From: Octopus vulgaris | Taxonomy: Eukaryota | Assembly: GCA_951406725.2 (NCBI GenBank) | Contig: OX597819.1 | Location: forward strand, 111,662,001 to 111,726,000 | DNA length: 64,000 nt | Direction of reading: 5' to 3' | Notes under the pieces: generated by a model | What the model was told of the DNA's origin: nothing | The model's database searches: none | The model's input: the letters and a program-made list of their open reading frames with translations, nothing else | Made by a program: the position numbers and the translations under genes | Part shown: positions 37,886-52,562 of the stretch, piece by piece | Layout of the letters: the number at the start of each line of letters is the position of its first letter | How positions within the stretch are numbered: position 1 is the stretch's first letter

Positions 37886-38741
37886 ATAAATGATACCTAT
37901 ATAGTGTGATGCATAGCCGTGGTATCCTTAATAAAGTAAGGTTATATTTAAAAGCTCAACGATAAATTTACTCTGAAAATTGTTTATGATAAATCAAATA
38001 TTTTGCCCTCTTTCTAACACCCACTGAAATGACATCTTGAATCCCAGAAAGGGAATTACTATGTAAGGTGTACTAGCCATCTGAATGTAGCTAGCCACTG
38101 GGAGTGGGGTGTTACTGATGCTTTTAGCCCCAGGCGATCAACGTCACCAGATGGACTTTAGACACAATCTCAGTGCCCTTGTGTTATTTGCAAAGGGAGG
38201 TCATCCTCCCTCGAAAACCTAAGTACTACATACGGACTATAGTTTCAAGGTAATTGCCTCTCAGCGGGTAAACCATACAAATGAAAGAAAGATTTACGAA
38301 GGAATATTATAGAAACACTAGATTGATAATAATAGAAGTTGTAAATCCAATACAAATTAGATAATACGTATCAACACTTTAGATATTCCGTTAATATGTT
38401 GTAATAATATTCGCTACCTCGAAGGATTTCTCCCGACGAAAGCACATCACTTCCATTAACAGCTAGAATCTTTTGTCTTCATAGTCAGAAAATATTACAT
38501 TCTCTAACATTTAGTGGCTCTTTAAAAGGCTCAGATGAGTCCACAATGGAATGTTGGTCCTACACCTCAGATGGGGATGCTGTTGCTGCTAGTGCTGCAG
38601 TTGCTGCCGTTGCTCTTTACAGATAACGAGAATCGCAGCTTGAAAAAGGTTGCCCGACTAATTAGTATAAAATCACTCACGGACTCGCTCCAGCTACTGG
38701 CTTCCCGCTCTGTCTTTTCTACCTCTATTATAACGGTCACC

Positions 38742-39132
38742 GGAGGCGCAATGGCCCAGTGGCTAGGGCAGCGGACTCGCGGTCGTAGGATCGTGGTTTC
38801 GATTCCCAGACCGGGCGTTGTGAGTGTTTATTGAGCGAAAACACCTAAAGCTCCACGAGGCTCCGGCAGGGATGGTGGTGATCCCTGCTGTACTCTTTCA
38901 CCACAACTTTCTCTCACTCTTACTTCCTGTTTCTGTTGTACCTGTATTTCAAAGGGCCGGCCTTGTCACTCTCTGTGTCACGCTGAATATCCCCGAGAAC
39001 TACGTTATGGGTACACGTGTCTGTGGAGTGCTCAGCCACTTACACGTTAATTTCATGAGCAAGCTGTTCCGTTGATCGGATCAACTGGAACCCTCGTCGT
39101 CGTAACCGACGGAGTGCTTCCCTAAAAAAAAA
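38742..39132 (+). mobile_element. SINE-B with tail B1, full length
   Basis: 13-bp TSD ataacggtcaccg (38730-38742, 39133-39145); A-rich tail. Confidence 0.95.
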
Positions 39133-39959
39133 ATAACGGTCACCGCTCCTCGAATAGTTTGGTCTTCTCTTCCTAGCATCCTGCAACGTCCAATCACACC
39201 TGGCCATTCAATAATCAATATGCCAGTTCTTCCTTACCAGAACTTTACACTTCTAGATTCCCCTCTCTAATCTAGTCTTTCCTTGCTGGTGTAAACTTGG
39301 CTAAGTTTAAGCGAAATGTTTTAGCGGTCTCGGATGGCCACTGTACGCCAATGATTGTACTTCTTCCTCGAGACCCAGCAAGTTAACAGAAAAAAATAAA
39401 TGTAGTACTTTCTAACTGATTAGTACCAAAAACTAAAGATAAATCAAAACCATAACTCCAGGACTTACACAGAACATACACAAAATAGTACATCTTGCTT
39501 CGTTTTTCACTGATTCATTCATCACGGATCCGGAATTACGGCATGCTAATTGTGAATCGTGTTACGTTAATCAAGTATCAATCTATGATAACACGGGTGA
39601 CTGAACATTCAACAATTATGCTTGGACCGCTAAAGCGCGCTCCAGCGACCATCCACGATGCTCACAACTTGGGCTTTCAGAACAAACCCTATTTTTTAAC
39701 TCCATTTGTTCTTTTATTTATCTATTATTGATTCATTCAGTACGGTGTTGTTGTTTCTTTTGGGTGTGTTTTTAAACCAAACACCCGTGATAAACGAGGA
39801 GAGATGCACTACGCTACATTGTATTCATATTAAGATGACTAAGTTCAATAGAATAGAAAACAAATAGAAAACCCTGTACATACTTAATTTGTGTAGAGCT
39901 GCAGTCAGTTGTGCAGTGAAATCATGCCATAAAAATAAGACTACTAATAACAATCCCCA

Positions 39960-39974
39960 TAAATAATAATAATG

Positions 39975-40063
<89 letters not shown>

Positions 40064-40080
40064 TATAATAATAATAATAA
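39960..40080. repeat. (TAA)n microsatellite
   Basis: Direct reading. Confidence 0.98.
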
Positions 40081-42140
40081 TTCTCATTAAACTTTTTTAT
40101 CTCTTTTTATTTCGAAATCATCTTGTTGGCTTTAAATTCCTTTCCTCATTAAAAATGAAAGACAGAACTCGCCCACCCACCCCACACTTCTTTTCCGAAT
40201 CCACTCAATCAGTGTTGCACCACTAGCATTTAATTTTTCTTTCTATTTCTGAAAATTCTTTGAAACCACACCCTCCAGCTTTGCAAGAACCACACACTAC
40301 CATCCCCGCATATCCACCACACTTTCAACAACAACACAAACAACAGCAACACTAATGCAATCCGACGAGAGAGCCTCTATGCGATATTTCGACTTGCTAG
40401 AAATAATCACTACATCTTCATTAAATCACATCCTACTTTCTTAAGAGCGAAAGAACACATTGGATAATTTAGTCCAAGGTACATGATGCATGAAAAAAGG
40501 TGCCTTTGATCATGTGATTGCTCAGTCGGAGCTGAACTGGGGTTAAATATTAACAACACCGCCATCGTAATCAATCATCGTTCCTACCTTCGCAAATATC
40601 CATTACTCCTCCCAATTTTCGTATTCTCGTGACCACCACCGCTAAAAATGACTCCACAACCACCAACACCACAACTACCGCCAACACAACCACAGCAAAC
40701 AACGGCACTAGCAACAACAGCATTATATCATTCTGCCGCTGCAACAGCAACAATAACAACAACAACAGCAACTACAACACCATTTTTTTCAACTGTCTGC
40801 TTCTTTTGCTACCACCACCACCACCACCACCACCACTACTACTAATACTACTACTACTAATGCTGCTGCTGCTGCTGCTACTCCACACCAACACCACATA
40901 TTTCTACTTCAACAGGTTCTACTAGCACCATCACCACAACCATAACCCTAACCACAACCACCACTACGACCACCAACAAGAATTATATGCTATGCTACTT
41001 CAATAAGGTCTACCACCATCACCGCTACAATAACTACCACTAACGCTCCACATCACAACCACCACTCCACATCAACACCACCAACACCACTCCACATCAA
41101 CACCACCAACACCACTCCACAGCCCCTACCACAGCTACCGAAGCATCATTGCACAACTCTATCTCAACAGGGTCTATACTATCACCTCCACCACTACTAC
41201 GACAACCATTGCCAACAATAACCATATTACACCACTCTAAACAGGGTCTACAATCATTAACAACAACAACAAACAACAACACTCCACAACCACTGCTAGT
41301 AACACTACCACCATCGCCACCACATTCACTTCTACCATTAACAAAAACAACAACAACAGCAACAACATTACACCACTCTACCTTCGTTTCAGGCAAGTTG
41401 ATACGACATTTGCTTTCTTAGGTCAATAAGCATTTACACAGCAACCGGAAGTTGAATTATTTGAAATACAAGATGTCTACTTAAAAATTTTATAAAATGA
41501 AACACTCTTCTCCACACATACATATTTCTCCCTTGCACTCCCTCCTTTCTCTCCATCATTTTCTCTCTCTCTCATTCTCTCTCTCTCTCTCTTATCTACC
41601 TGTCTGTCTATCTATCTATCTATCTATCTATCTATTTTTCTGCCTATTTTTCATGTTATTCATCTCCCCTCCTTTCGCAGCCATATCTCCTCCAGTACAA
41701 GTGAGCCAGACAGCTCTTCTCTCTTACTGTTTCTCTCTCTCTGTCTTTCCTTCCCTTCTCTTTTCTCTTTGCTCTTTCTTTCCTTCTCTTACTCTCATTC
41801 TCTGTTATCCTTCTCCCATTTTTCTATCCTCTCCTTTCCTCTCTCGTTATCTCTTCTCGCTCTCTCTCTTCATGCCTTCTGTCTATTACACTCTATTGAC
41901 TACAACACGAATGAACATAGTATCCCTCCCTCCTTCTTCTTCTTCTTCTTCTTCTTCTTCTTCTTCTTTTTCTTCTTCTTCTTCTTCTTCTTCTTCTTCT
42001 TTCTCTCTCTCTCTCCCTTCTTCCTACTAATTCTTTCTGCCTCTTTTCCGCTCTCTTTTCTTACTCTCACTTTGTCTTACTCGACATCCACTTTAGTAAA
42101 AATCGAATACAAACCAGCAACCCCGTCTCTTTCGCTTTCC

Positions 42141-42210
<70 letters not shown>

Positions 42211-42382
42211 TAGCCTTTCACTTTCACTCTCACCCCTCTCTCTCATTCACTTTTCTCTCCCACTTCATCTCACATTCCTCTTCTGTTACACCATATCCAC
42301 TTCAACACAAAAAGAACAGCATAAACATTTTAAAAAAAAACGAAAAAATATACGTATATAAACTGAATTAATAATAATAATG

Positions 42383-42443
<61 letters not shown>

Positions 42444-42545
42444 CAACAACAACAATATCAACAATTACCACAATGTCAATAATAATAGCAACAACAACAG
42501 TATCAATAATAATACTAATTTCTTACACAATAATAATAATCGATA

Positions 42546-42578
<33 letters not shown>

Positions 42579-43629
42579 GCGATGGTGATGATATTTTGCC
42601 CAATCAATATATGTTTTAATTGTAATAAAACAGACTCAACTTGAAATTCAATTCGTTTTGTCAATTTTTCTCCTCTTTTTAATTTAACTTTAATTCGTTA
42701 TTTATTGCTTTATCCGTTTTAGAGGGGAAGGGAAGGGAGGGGAAGGAGGAGAGAGGAGTATGAGAGTGGGAGAGGAGAAGGAGAAGGAGGAGGAGGAGGA
42801 GGAGGAGGAGGAAGAAGAAACAGAGAGGGAAGAAGGCGAGGTGAAGAAAGAGGAAGAGAATGCATGGGGAGAACATAGAAAGAGAGAAAAAAAGGAGGAA
42901 AGAAAGAAAGGAAGACAGAAAGAAAGAAAGAAAGAAAGAACGAAAGAACGAAAACCAGTGTGTGTATGTGTAGGTTATTGTTTGCATGCATCTGGTTATA
43001 TGGTTCTGTTTATATGCGTGTGTGCGCGCGCGCTTTTTGGGTGCGTAGAGAGAAGCGAGTACATGTGTGTACGTGTGTGTGTGTGTGTGCACATTTGTGT
43101 ACGCGTGTGTGTGTGTGTGTGTGCACATTTGTGTACGTGTGAGTGTGTGCGTGTGTTGAAAGAAGTGGAAAGATACACTGTGAGTAGATTGAGGGAAAGT
43201 GTGCGTATATATGTGTATTCTTGTATATACATTATCTGTGTATCTGTGTATGAAAGGGAAACAAAGGGAGATGGGAAAATGTGTTCAGAGCTAGGCTTTG
43301 TGGTTAAGAAGTTTGCTCCACAAATACGTGGTCTCAGGATCAATCACACTCTGCGACACTTGAAAAGAGAATTGCTTCTATTGTAACCGCGGATCAACCA
43401 ACGCTTTTTGAGTGATTGGCGGGCAGAAATTGAACTGGAGATCATCAGAGAGATCGATCCTGATGAGCAAAGCATTAAACTGCATCCAGTGGTGAGACTC
43501 GGGAGTTCGAGAAATTTAGGAAGTGGTGACTAAGGGAGACGTTCGTCTCCACTATATTTTCGGATATGCTCTAGATTAGGCTGGGTGGTAGTTATCAAAA
43601 ACCCCACTGCCAATTATGGATCAAAGGGC

Positions 43630-43698
43630 AGAAGATGATCTTGTGGCTGAGGCACAAGATCATCTTCTAATACCAGGTCAAGATCACCTTCTAATACC
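43630..43698. repeat. 16-bp perfect hairpin followed by a 20-bp direct duplication
   Basis: agaagatgatcttgtg (gctgagg) cacaagatcatcttct; then caagatca(t/c)cttctaatacc twice. Confidence 0.9.
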
Positions 43699-44285
43699 GG
43701 ATGACGGCTAATTCCAGGTCACGTGTCACAAAGGCCCACCAATGTGTGAACATGCTTTGATGCCACGTGAACCAGTCTTCATGACAAAATGATAATAATG
43801 ATGAGGGGGGGGAGAAAGAGAGGAGGCGAGGAGGAGGAGGAGGAGGAAGAGAAGAGGATAAGGAGAGGAGGAGAGGAGGAGGAGGACAAGTGGAGGAGGA
43901 AGAGGAAGAAGAAGAAGAAGAAGAAGAAGAAGAAAAAGAAGAAGAAGAAGAAGAAGAAGAAGAAGGAAGAGGAGGAGGAGGAGGAAGGTTGAATAACCCC
44001 TCTGTTTCAAAGGTAAGTTCGGGAGAGCAAGGAACTGATAGAGTAAACTGCGATTAAACTGGCAAAAGATAGTGTGAGTGATATCGGGTAGGCAAACTGG
44101 TTGCGAAGGCCCATCGAACTAACTATCACTGATCTTGGGGAACAGAGTTAACCCGACGTACGGTTTAGCACCACTTGCTAGCCCTTGTGTGCATTTAACG
44201 GTGCCCAATCCGTTGTAGTATTCTGTTGAGAATTAGCATACGAGATAAAATATACGTGTGTGTACGTGTAGACAGATAGGCATAC

Positions 44286-44445
<160 letters not shown>

Positions 44446-45268
44446 TGATAGATATACAAACTTATAGATAATCATAGTGTTTTTACTTAAGTACCATGAA
44501 GTTTTGTATACAAAGAAACAGAATATGCTTCAACACACGAACTCATATAAAGAATATTGCAAGCCAAATCCAAAAACGAAAGAAGCCCCTAAGTTTTCTA
44601 CATAAAAGTCAGTTAAACATGTAGTCTAATATTTTTTTATACTATGGTTTTTATGCTACCACTCCATTCCAATTTGCTTCTGAAAGTGTGTTGAATTTTT
44701 CGCATTCTCGGCGAGTAAATACAGGAAAGAAAGATAGATAGGTTGATAGAAATAGAGAGAGAGAGGAGGGAAGAGAGAGAGAAAGACAGTCAGAGAGGAA
44801 TAGATATAGGGATGTCAGCTCAGTGATTGTGGTGTGAGTGGTGTAATTATTGAACAAGCTAATTGATGTACAATCATTAAAAACATTCGACAACACATAC
44901 ACAAACACACACATAAATACATATGTATATCTATCTATCTGTATATGTGTGTGTTTTTGCGTATGTGTCTGTGAGTGCGTGTGTATGTGTGTGTGTGTAT
45001 TTGTGCGTGTTCTCGGAAGCATCTAACGATATATAATGCATGTTGTATATAAACACTCATTATCTTAAGGCCTCTTAGTGCGTACGTATTCATTCCCACA
45101 GACACAAATGCCTACGTGCACATTTGTTATCTGCCTATGTATATGAATATATGCACGCACGCTCATACACACACACACACACATATAAAGTATATACGTA
45201 TGTGTGTGTGGACACAAACATGTAAGTGCCAAAATGTATGTGTTTGTATACAATATATATGTGTATAC

Positions 45269-45341
<73 letters not shown>

Positions 45342-45369
45342 TGTGTATACATATATATATATATATATA

Positions 45370-45891
45370 CCGTAAATCCTCGAGTATAATCCGCATTTTT
45401 TCCCCAAATTTAAAGGTCAAAATCCCTAGTGCATACTATATACGAAGTGAAAAAATAAAAAATGAAAAATATTTTCTAAGCAATGTCCGATCTCTATTTG
45501 CTGTCCGGCAATGTTTATTCAGACGTATTTTGTGAGGTCGGACGCGAAAATACCTAAGCCTGAAAGCAATCAAGTCATAAAAGAATCGTCCATAACTTGC
45601 AGTAAGCAACATTTATTAAAATAAAAGTATTCAGAACACAGAATAACGTGTACCAAAAACAATTTGCAAACATATCTACATTCCCATATAACAGTTAAGA
45701 ACATCACCCTTATTGTATTACGCATGCGCGGAAGTGTTTGTTCGACTAGGTGCTGCTGGCTTAATTACGCACGACTCAAGTTAGAGAACGAGTGCGTGTT
45801 ATACACAAGATTTAGGTTTTTCAGAGGTACAGCCCCCTAAAAATTCTCTGCGTATTATACTCAAGGGTGGACTATACTCGAAGATTTACGG
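45370..45891. mobile_element. pogo/Tigger-like MITE
   Basis: TIRs ccgtaaatcctcgagtata / tatactcgaagatttacgg with TA TSD. Confidence 0.9.
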
Positions 45892-46147
45892 TATGTATGT
45901 ATTTAAATATGTATATATGTATGTTTTAGATGGCATTTTTAAAGAATAGAGAAATTTACAAATAATGGCCTCTTTCGAAGTTGCCCGATGAAAATACATG
46001 TTAGTTCACAGTAAATGAAGTAAAAATCATTTACACGGAAAAGTTGGACATAATTACCCATGAGATTCGAACTATGCGCCTGTCGTTGACCAAAAAGCAG
46101 TGATTCTAATGCTGTGAATTACGGGGTATTAGTTATTGTTACATTTA

Positions 46148-46520
46148 AGGCGGCGAGCTGGCAGAAACGTTAGCACGCCGGGCGAAATGCGTAGCCGTAT
46201 TTCATCTGCTGTTACGTTACCTTTTCATCTTTTCTGGGTCGATAAATTAAGTACCAATTACGCACTGGGATCGATGTAATCGACTTAATCCGTTTGTCTG
46301 TCCTTGTTTGTCTCCTCTGTGTTTAGCCCCTTGTGGGCAATAAAGAAATAGGTATTTCGTCTGCCACTACGTTCTGAGTTCAAATTCCGCTGAAGTCGAC
46401 TTTGCCTTTCATCTTTTTGGGGTCGATAAATTAAATACCAGTGAAACACTGGGGTCGATATAAATGACTGGTCCCCACCTCACAAATCTGAAACCTTGTT
46501 CCTGCAGTAAAAAGGATTAT
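46148..46520 (+). mobile_element. Dimeric SINE-C
   Basis: Same junction aaagaaata|ggtatttcgtctgcc (about 46350) as 37060-37457. Confidence 0.9.
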
Positions 46521-47454
46521 TTATTGTTATATTTGCATTTGAGCATTTTCGTAAAATGACTTATCAAATTTCTCCTGGTTTCAAATTTTGATCTAAAACA
46601 AGGAAATTTCCTTTTACGTTTGTTAGCTTAAAGCTTCAAATTTCACGGTTAAATGTCGGCAAATCTTTGTGGTGTAATGATGTCACAGTACACCCATCCT
46701 GTTCTACGACAGAGAAGTGATTTCAAATTTGAACAGTTTCGTAAAAAAAAAAGTTATATGAATACATATTTAGTAAAGGAATGAAGAAATATAATCCGGG
46801 CATTTACCTTGCAGCAAAATTAATTTCCTCGCCCTATGCCTCGATTCTTACATTGTATATTTTACCACTCAAGCGTTTGACGCTGACGGAAACTTTTCAG
46901 AATCACTGTACTTGTAATTCAACGGTTCAGCCGTGTCACACTGTCACATTGATTTTGTTTGAAAATTCCGTTCAAGGTACAAGTGTCTGTGAAATATTGA
47001 GCTAATTCAATGAGGTCGTCCATTCGATCGAAGAAGTGGATGTTCAAACGACAGAATTAGCAGGAGTGCCTCTTCTTTTATTCTTTTAGTGGTTTCAGTT
47101 ATAGAACAGCGGCCATGCTGGAGCACAGCCTTAATTTATTTTCGTTCAGTTTTGTTGACGTTTTCTGATTTGAGGTTAGTCTATGATTGAGTTTGTAACA
47201 GCTGATCTTCCCCGAGTGTATCTTTGAACTGTTAGTTGGACCGGTGTTGTCGTTAAGAGTTTATCCATTGTCATTTCGGTTTTTTTTCACTGAATATCTC
47301 ATTTATATTTCTTATGTCATTAGGTAGGCACCTGAACAATTGAGGTCCTCTAAATATCAGGCTGGTACAATAGAATGGTGGTATATTTTGAAGCTGACAG
47401 TATCTTCAAGTTCGTACATTAACATTCTCTTTAATGCTGAAGTTTAGAACATAA

Positions 47455-47716
47455 TGAAGGTAAAGTTACCTTCTCGAGTCATGCTAACTCATAAGGTTTC
47501 CCGGTTCCCATGGCGTCCCACCTGGACGAGACGCCGATCTGTTACAAGACTACTCATTTTTTGCCAGCTGAGTGGACTGGAGCAACGTGAAATGACGAGC
47601 TTTGCTCAAGAACAAAACGCATCACCCGGTCCAGGAATTGAAACCATAATCTTACGATCATGAATCCAACACTCTAATCACTAAGCTACGCGTCTCCACC
47701 AGCCACGCGCCTCCAC
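47455..47716 (-). mobile_element. SINE-D (CORE-like domain) with B2-like tail
   Basis: Minus strand: tRNA-like head, ttcttgagcaa...tttcacgttgctccagtccactcagctgg, tail ...ccgggaaacc. Confidence 0.75.
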
Positions 47717-48152
47717 TAAGTTTAGTGCATGCCCCTCCAGGATTTTCTATATATACGTGGTGGTATATCACTCTCTTCAACGTTCAAAGGAGTAGAGAGA
47801 GACAGAGATTTCAGACGTAATTCTAGTAATTAAGGCTTTTAACCAAAGTTATTTTACTGATGCACATGTGCTCAAACATGACGCACTGAGTTCAATATCA
47901 CCTTGAAAAAATGTAATTTTCTTTGGTGTCGGATTGCCCCATATTTTGTCAGTGAACCTGGATTCGCGGAAACTGTATAGAAGCCCTTCGGATGGATTGT
48001 AGTTGTAATTCAAAACTCCGATCTGGTGATGTTCATTCTGCTTCAAAATTACGTTAAAGATACATGAGTGTGTGAAATACTCAGTCATTTACCTGGTAAT
48101 TCTTTTTATTTAAAAAAAGATTGAATCCTTATCGTCAAAACCACGGAAAACC

Positions 48153-48235
<83 letters not shown>

Positions 48236-48527
48236 CGCGGGGGACGGCAACCAGATCGAACGATCTCAAGTGTAACTGCCCGAAATGACTTCTGAGATCT
48301 GACTGATGAAAGGAAGCCAAGAACGAGCCGTTTTTTTTACTTGTCCTTCTAATTGTTGTTTATCTTGTCCGCCTTTGTGTCTGTCCGGACGTATTAATGT
48401 CCTCTATTGCGTTTTTATCCCATTTATATATATATATATGTGTGTGTGTCTGTGTGTGTATATATATGTATATAAGCTGGCAGAACCACTAGCATGCTCG
48501 ACAAAATGCTTTATGGCTTCTTTATGT

Positions 48528-49078
48528 TTTTCGGCAAAAGAGACCGATAGAATAAGTACTAGGCTTAAAAAGAATAAGTCCTGGAGTCGATTTGCTTGAC
48601 TAAAGGCGGTGCTCCAGCATGGCCACAGTCGAATGACTGAAACAAATAAAAGAGTAAAAGAGACATGTATACATATATGTACATATTCTTTTATTGTTTT
48701 TATTCCTTACTTCTTTCAGTGATTTGACTGCAGCCATGCTGGAGCACCGCCTTTATTCTAAGAAATTGACCACAGCACTTATTCTTTGCAAGCCTAGTAC
48801 TTATACTGTCGGTATATTTTGCCAAGCCGCTAAGCTACAGGGACGTAAGCATGCCAACAAATACATACATACACGGACACACAAATACATGCATATATAT
48901 ATATATATGTATACGACAGGCTTCTTTCAGTTTACGTCTACCAAATCCACTCACAAGCTTTTAGTCGTCCTTAGGCTATAATTGAGAACACTTGCCCAAG
49001 GTGCCACGCAGTGTGACTGAACCCGGATTCATGTGGTTGGGAAGCAAGCTTCTTACCACACAGCCACTCCTACGCCTA
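48528..49078. mobile_element. Tail-to-tail SINE-A pair (48528-48662 +, 48690-49078 -)
   Basis: ggcggtgctccagcatggc on the plus strand and gccatgctggagcaccgcc about 110 bp later. Confidence 0.88.
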
Positions 49079-50434
49079 TATACTATGTGTGTGTGTATGT
49101 ATCACCATACATATCCTACATATGTATGTGTATGTGATTGTGTGTGTTGGAGGGGTGTATCAGCTGTTTGGGAGGAAATTAAGATGAGCTTGTTAGTGGG
49201 TTGTTGTTGTCCCCGGTGGTGGTCGTGGTAAGGGTGTCAGGGAAGATGGTGCTAATTCTGGGAGTGTCAGTTTGTGGCATTTATAATGTTTTTAACCATA
49301 GGTCAACCATGATCGAGTAGACCCACGATGAAAAGCATTTATTTTAAGACACCAGGGTGTGATTTTTGAGGATGGTATGACTGCTATTTTTAGTACATCT
49401 AGGAAAAACGTCACAGCACACACGTTGTGGTAGTGGTGGTAGTGGTGGTGGTGCCGACGCTGGTTGTTATATGTGTAGTTGAAGTAGTGGTGATTGTAGT
49501 ATTGGTAGTTGTTGTAGTGGTGCTATATTTACCCAGTGAATCGGTGTATTGCCCGCCAGTCACAGCTGCTAACGGAAAGTCGAAATTGTTAAAATCACGG
49601 AAAGAAAAGTGTGTTGGGGGGTTGGGCATTGATATAGTATAACAGTGGGAATGGAGTGGTCGTAGCGGTGGGATGGGGTGGGAAGGTGGCAATGGAGAGG
49701 GAGTTAGTAGTGGTGGCCGTGGTGGTGCTGGTGTTGGTGGTGCTGGCAGTAGTGGTGGTGATGGTGGTGGAAGTGGTGATGGTGATGATGGTGTGGTGCT
49801 GCTACTGCTGTTGCTGATGGTGGTGCTGGTGGTGCTGGTGCTAATGCTGTCGGTGGCAGTGGTAGTGGTGGTGGCGGTGGTGGTAGTAGTGGCGCTGGTG
49901 GTGGTGTTGATGGTGCTGGCAGTAGTGGTGGTAGTTGTGGTGGTGGTAGTGGTGATGGTGATGATGGTGTTGTGCTGCTGCTGATGATGGTGGTACTGGT
50001 GCTAATGCTGGCTGTGGTAGTGGTGCTGGTGGTGGTGGTGATGGTGGTAGTGCTTGTGGTGGCGGTGATCGTACTTTCGATTCCGGGATCGAGTGATACG
50101 TTATGTTCTTGAGCAATATACTTCATTTCATGTTTTTCTTTGTCCATTCAGCTGTAAAATGAGTTCTAGCAATACCTGGGAAGTCAACCATTGCGACAGA
50201 CCATAGTATTATATTTATAGTAGAAATAAAAAATCCAGAGGGACGAGACAGTACACCCAAGGGCCAGAAGCTAGAGCGTGTCTGTATCTTTAGATACAGT
50301 CCACGACGCCGATCGGAGTAGCAACAGAACCTTCCCAGAATTGGGAGCAAAAGTATATTGTGAGTTTCACTAGGGCCTTGCAGAACATTTCCCCCTACTA
50401 CAGAAGACTAGAAAAGTTTAAATAAACTGGTAAT

Positions 50435-50591
50435 TGAGTGCCTGTGTGGTAAGTAGCTTGCTTGCCAACCACATGGTTCCGGGCTCAGTCCCACTGCGTG
50501 ACACCTTGGGCAAGTGTCTTCAACTATAGCCTGAGGCCGACCAAAACCTTGTGAGTGGATTTTGTTGACGGAAACTGAAAGAAACCCGTCG

Positions 50592-50637
<46 letters not shown>

Positions 50638-50823
50638 TCCCCACAACATTGCTTGACAACCGATGCTGGTGTGTTTACGTCCCCGTAGCTTAGCTGTTCG
50701 GCAAAAGTGACCGATAGAATAAGTACTAGGCTTACAAAGGATAAGTCCTGGGGATCGATTTGCTCGACTAAAGGCGTTGCTCCAGCTTAGCCGTAGTCAA
50801 ATGACTGAAACAAATAAAAGAAT
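50435..50823 (+). mobile_element. SINE-A, full length
   Basis: Reverse complement of 35730-36140 with (TG)n middle. Confidence 0.93.
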
Positions 50824-52384
50824 AGTCAGACCGGAAAAAAAAAACTACCTAGTTCTTTCGGTATTATGCATCGTCCATCCTTGATTAAACAGTAGACAAA
50901 TAATTGCAGTTAAAAGAGGTCATTCGTTCGAAGTAATAAACATTAATTCCTGCAACGTGGCAAAAAACAAGCCTAAATACACTGACTTTGTATTGGTGCT
51001 ACTGAGTTCATATTAATAATGGTTTACTTATGAGTACATTAAACTGCATAAATCGTTTTATATGTATATTGTTATTCATAACATCTAGAAGAAGGCGTCC
51101 ATTTCTATTCACTTTGGTGAATGGAACTTTGGCCAGGAGGAATTGATGTCATATAAATATGTTTGGAATATGAAACATTGCTATTTTTGTGTTAATATAT
51201 TGAATATGGTATTACCGTACAATCATGGTACCGTTTTAGAATCGTAGAATCTAATGTAGAATATATGTTGCCAATATATAGACGCTAACAGACAACACCA
51301 CACATTCACACAAACACACACATACACACACACAAATCTAGGTTTGCTCCATTATGATCTGACTTAAGGCTTTTACAAAAACAGATAATATACATGCATG
51401 ACACACATCACTCGGCATGCTAGACATAACAACTAAATCGCTCTCAAACCACGCCTTGTCCGCTTCAAACGCATAGGTTGGATAATGTGATCCTTTTCCT
51501 TCAAGGTCCGTTCCCATAGGATTGCCATCTTCAAAAGTTTACGTTCAATAATTTTAGGTCCCCAACTTGAATGAGAGTACTCGATCTGTTAGAAATAGTA
51601 ATCGCATCTAACTCAAATCACATCGTGTTTTTTAGCGTACGTTTACATGGTTGGTACATCTGTTAGAAATAGCAGCTACATCTCGCTCGAATTACGTTTT
51701 ATAAAAATACATGATTGATCATCAGGGCTGTATTTCACATTAAATGCGAAAGACACGAGATGGTCACGACTGGAGTAATTTTCATCATAAGTCTATTCCC
51801 AAGCCTAAACTACAACAAGAATATACAACTAAAACACATATCTAATGCAAAAATTCCTATCCTATACAGTAACCCCGACGCACACACAAAGAAAAATGTA
51901 TATGATTCCGGATTTGTTACCTGTTTGTCGTTTCCTCTTTCTTTCTCTATCGTGCTGACAAATACGTTTTATATCTTATTATAAGGATAATTATGTAACG
52001 ATATGCATATACGTGACTGAAGCCTTCCCTGAAATTAGCAGCCAGAACTCTTACAAATCGCCTACTAAATAAAAACTGTTGAACACGGTGTATTTCTCGA
52101 TATGCAATCGGAAAGAGTATCAGAAATGAAACGTCTTTTATCATAATTTATAGACATTTGATAAGGGGCTACGTGGCAATACCAAAGTCTACTTCGAGCG
52201 AAGGACGGAAGGCCTCTGCGGGGTCACGCAACCTTTAGACATAGTAGGCAAATTTCCATCAACTTACACACTACAGTGTTAAATTAAGAAAGAATAAGTT
52301 GAAAAATGTAGTCAGCCTATAGATAGATAAATAGATAGATGGAGAGAGAAAGAGAGAGAGAGAGATACACAGACACACACACAT

Positions 52385-52428
<44 letters not shown>

Positions 52429-52453
52429 CGAAATGTGTGTCTGAGAGAGGATA

Positions 52454-52504
<51 letters not shown>

Positions 52505-52512
52505 TTTACTGA

Positions 52513-52562
<50 letters not shown>

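Noticed and set aside
38742-38815. tRNA-Arg-like gene
   Set aside because: It is the head of a TSD-flanked multi-copy SINE; there is no complete acceptor stem or terminator.
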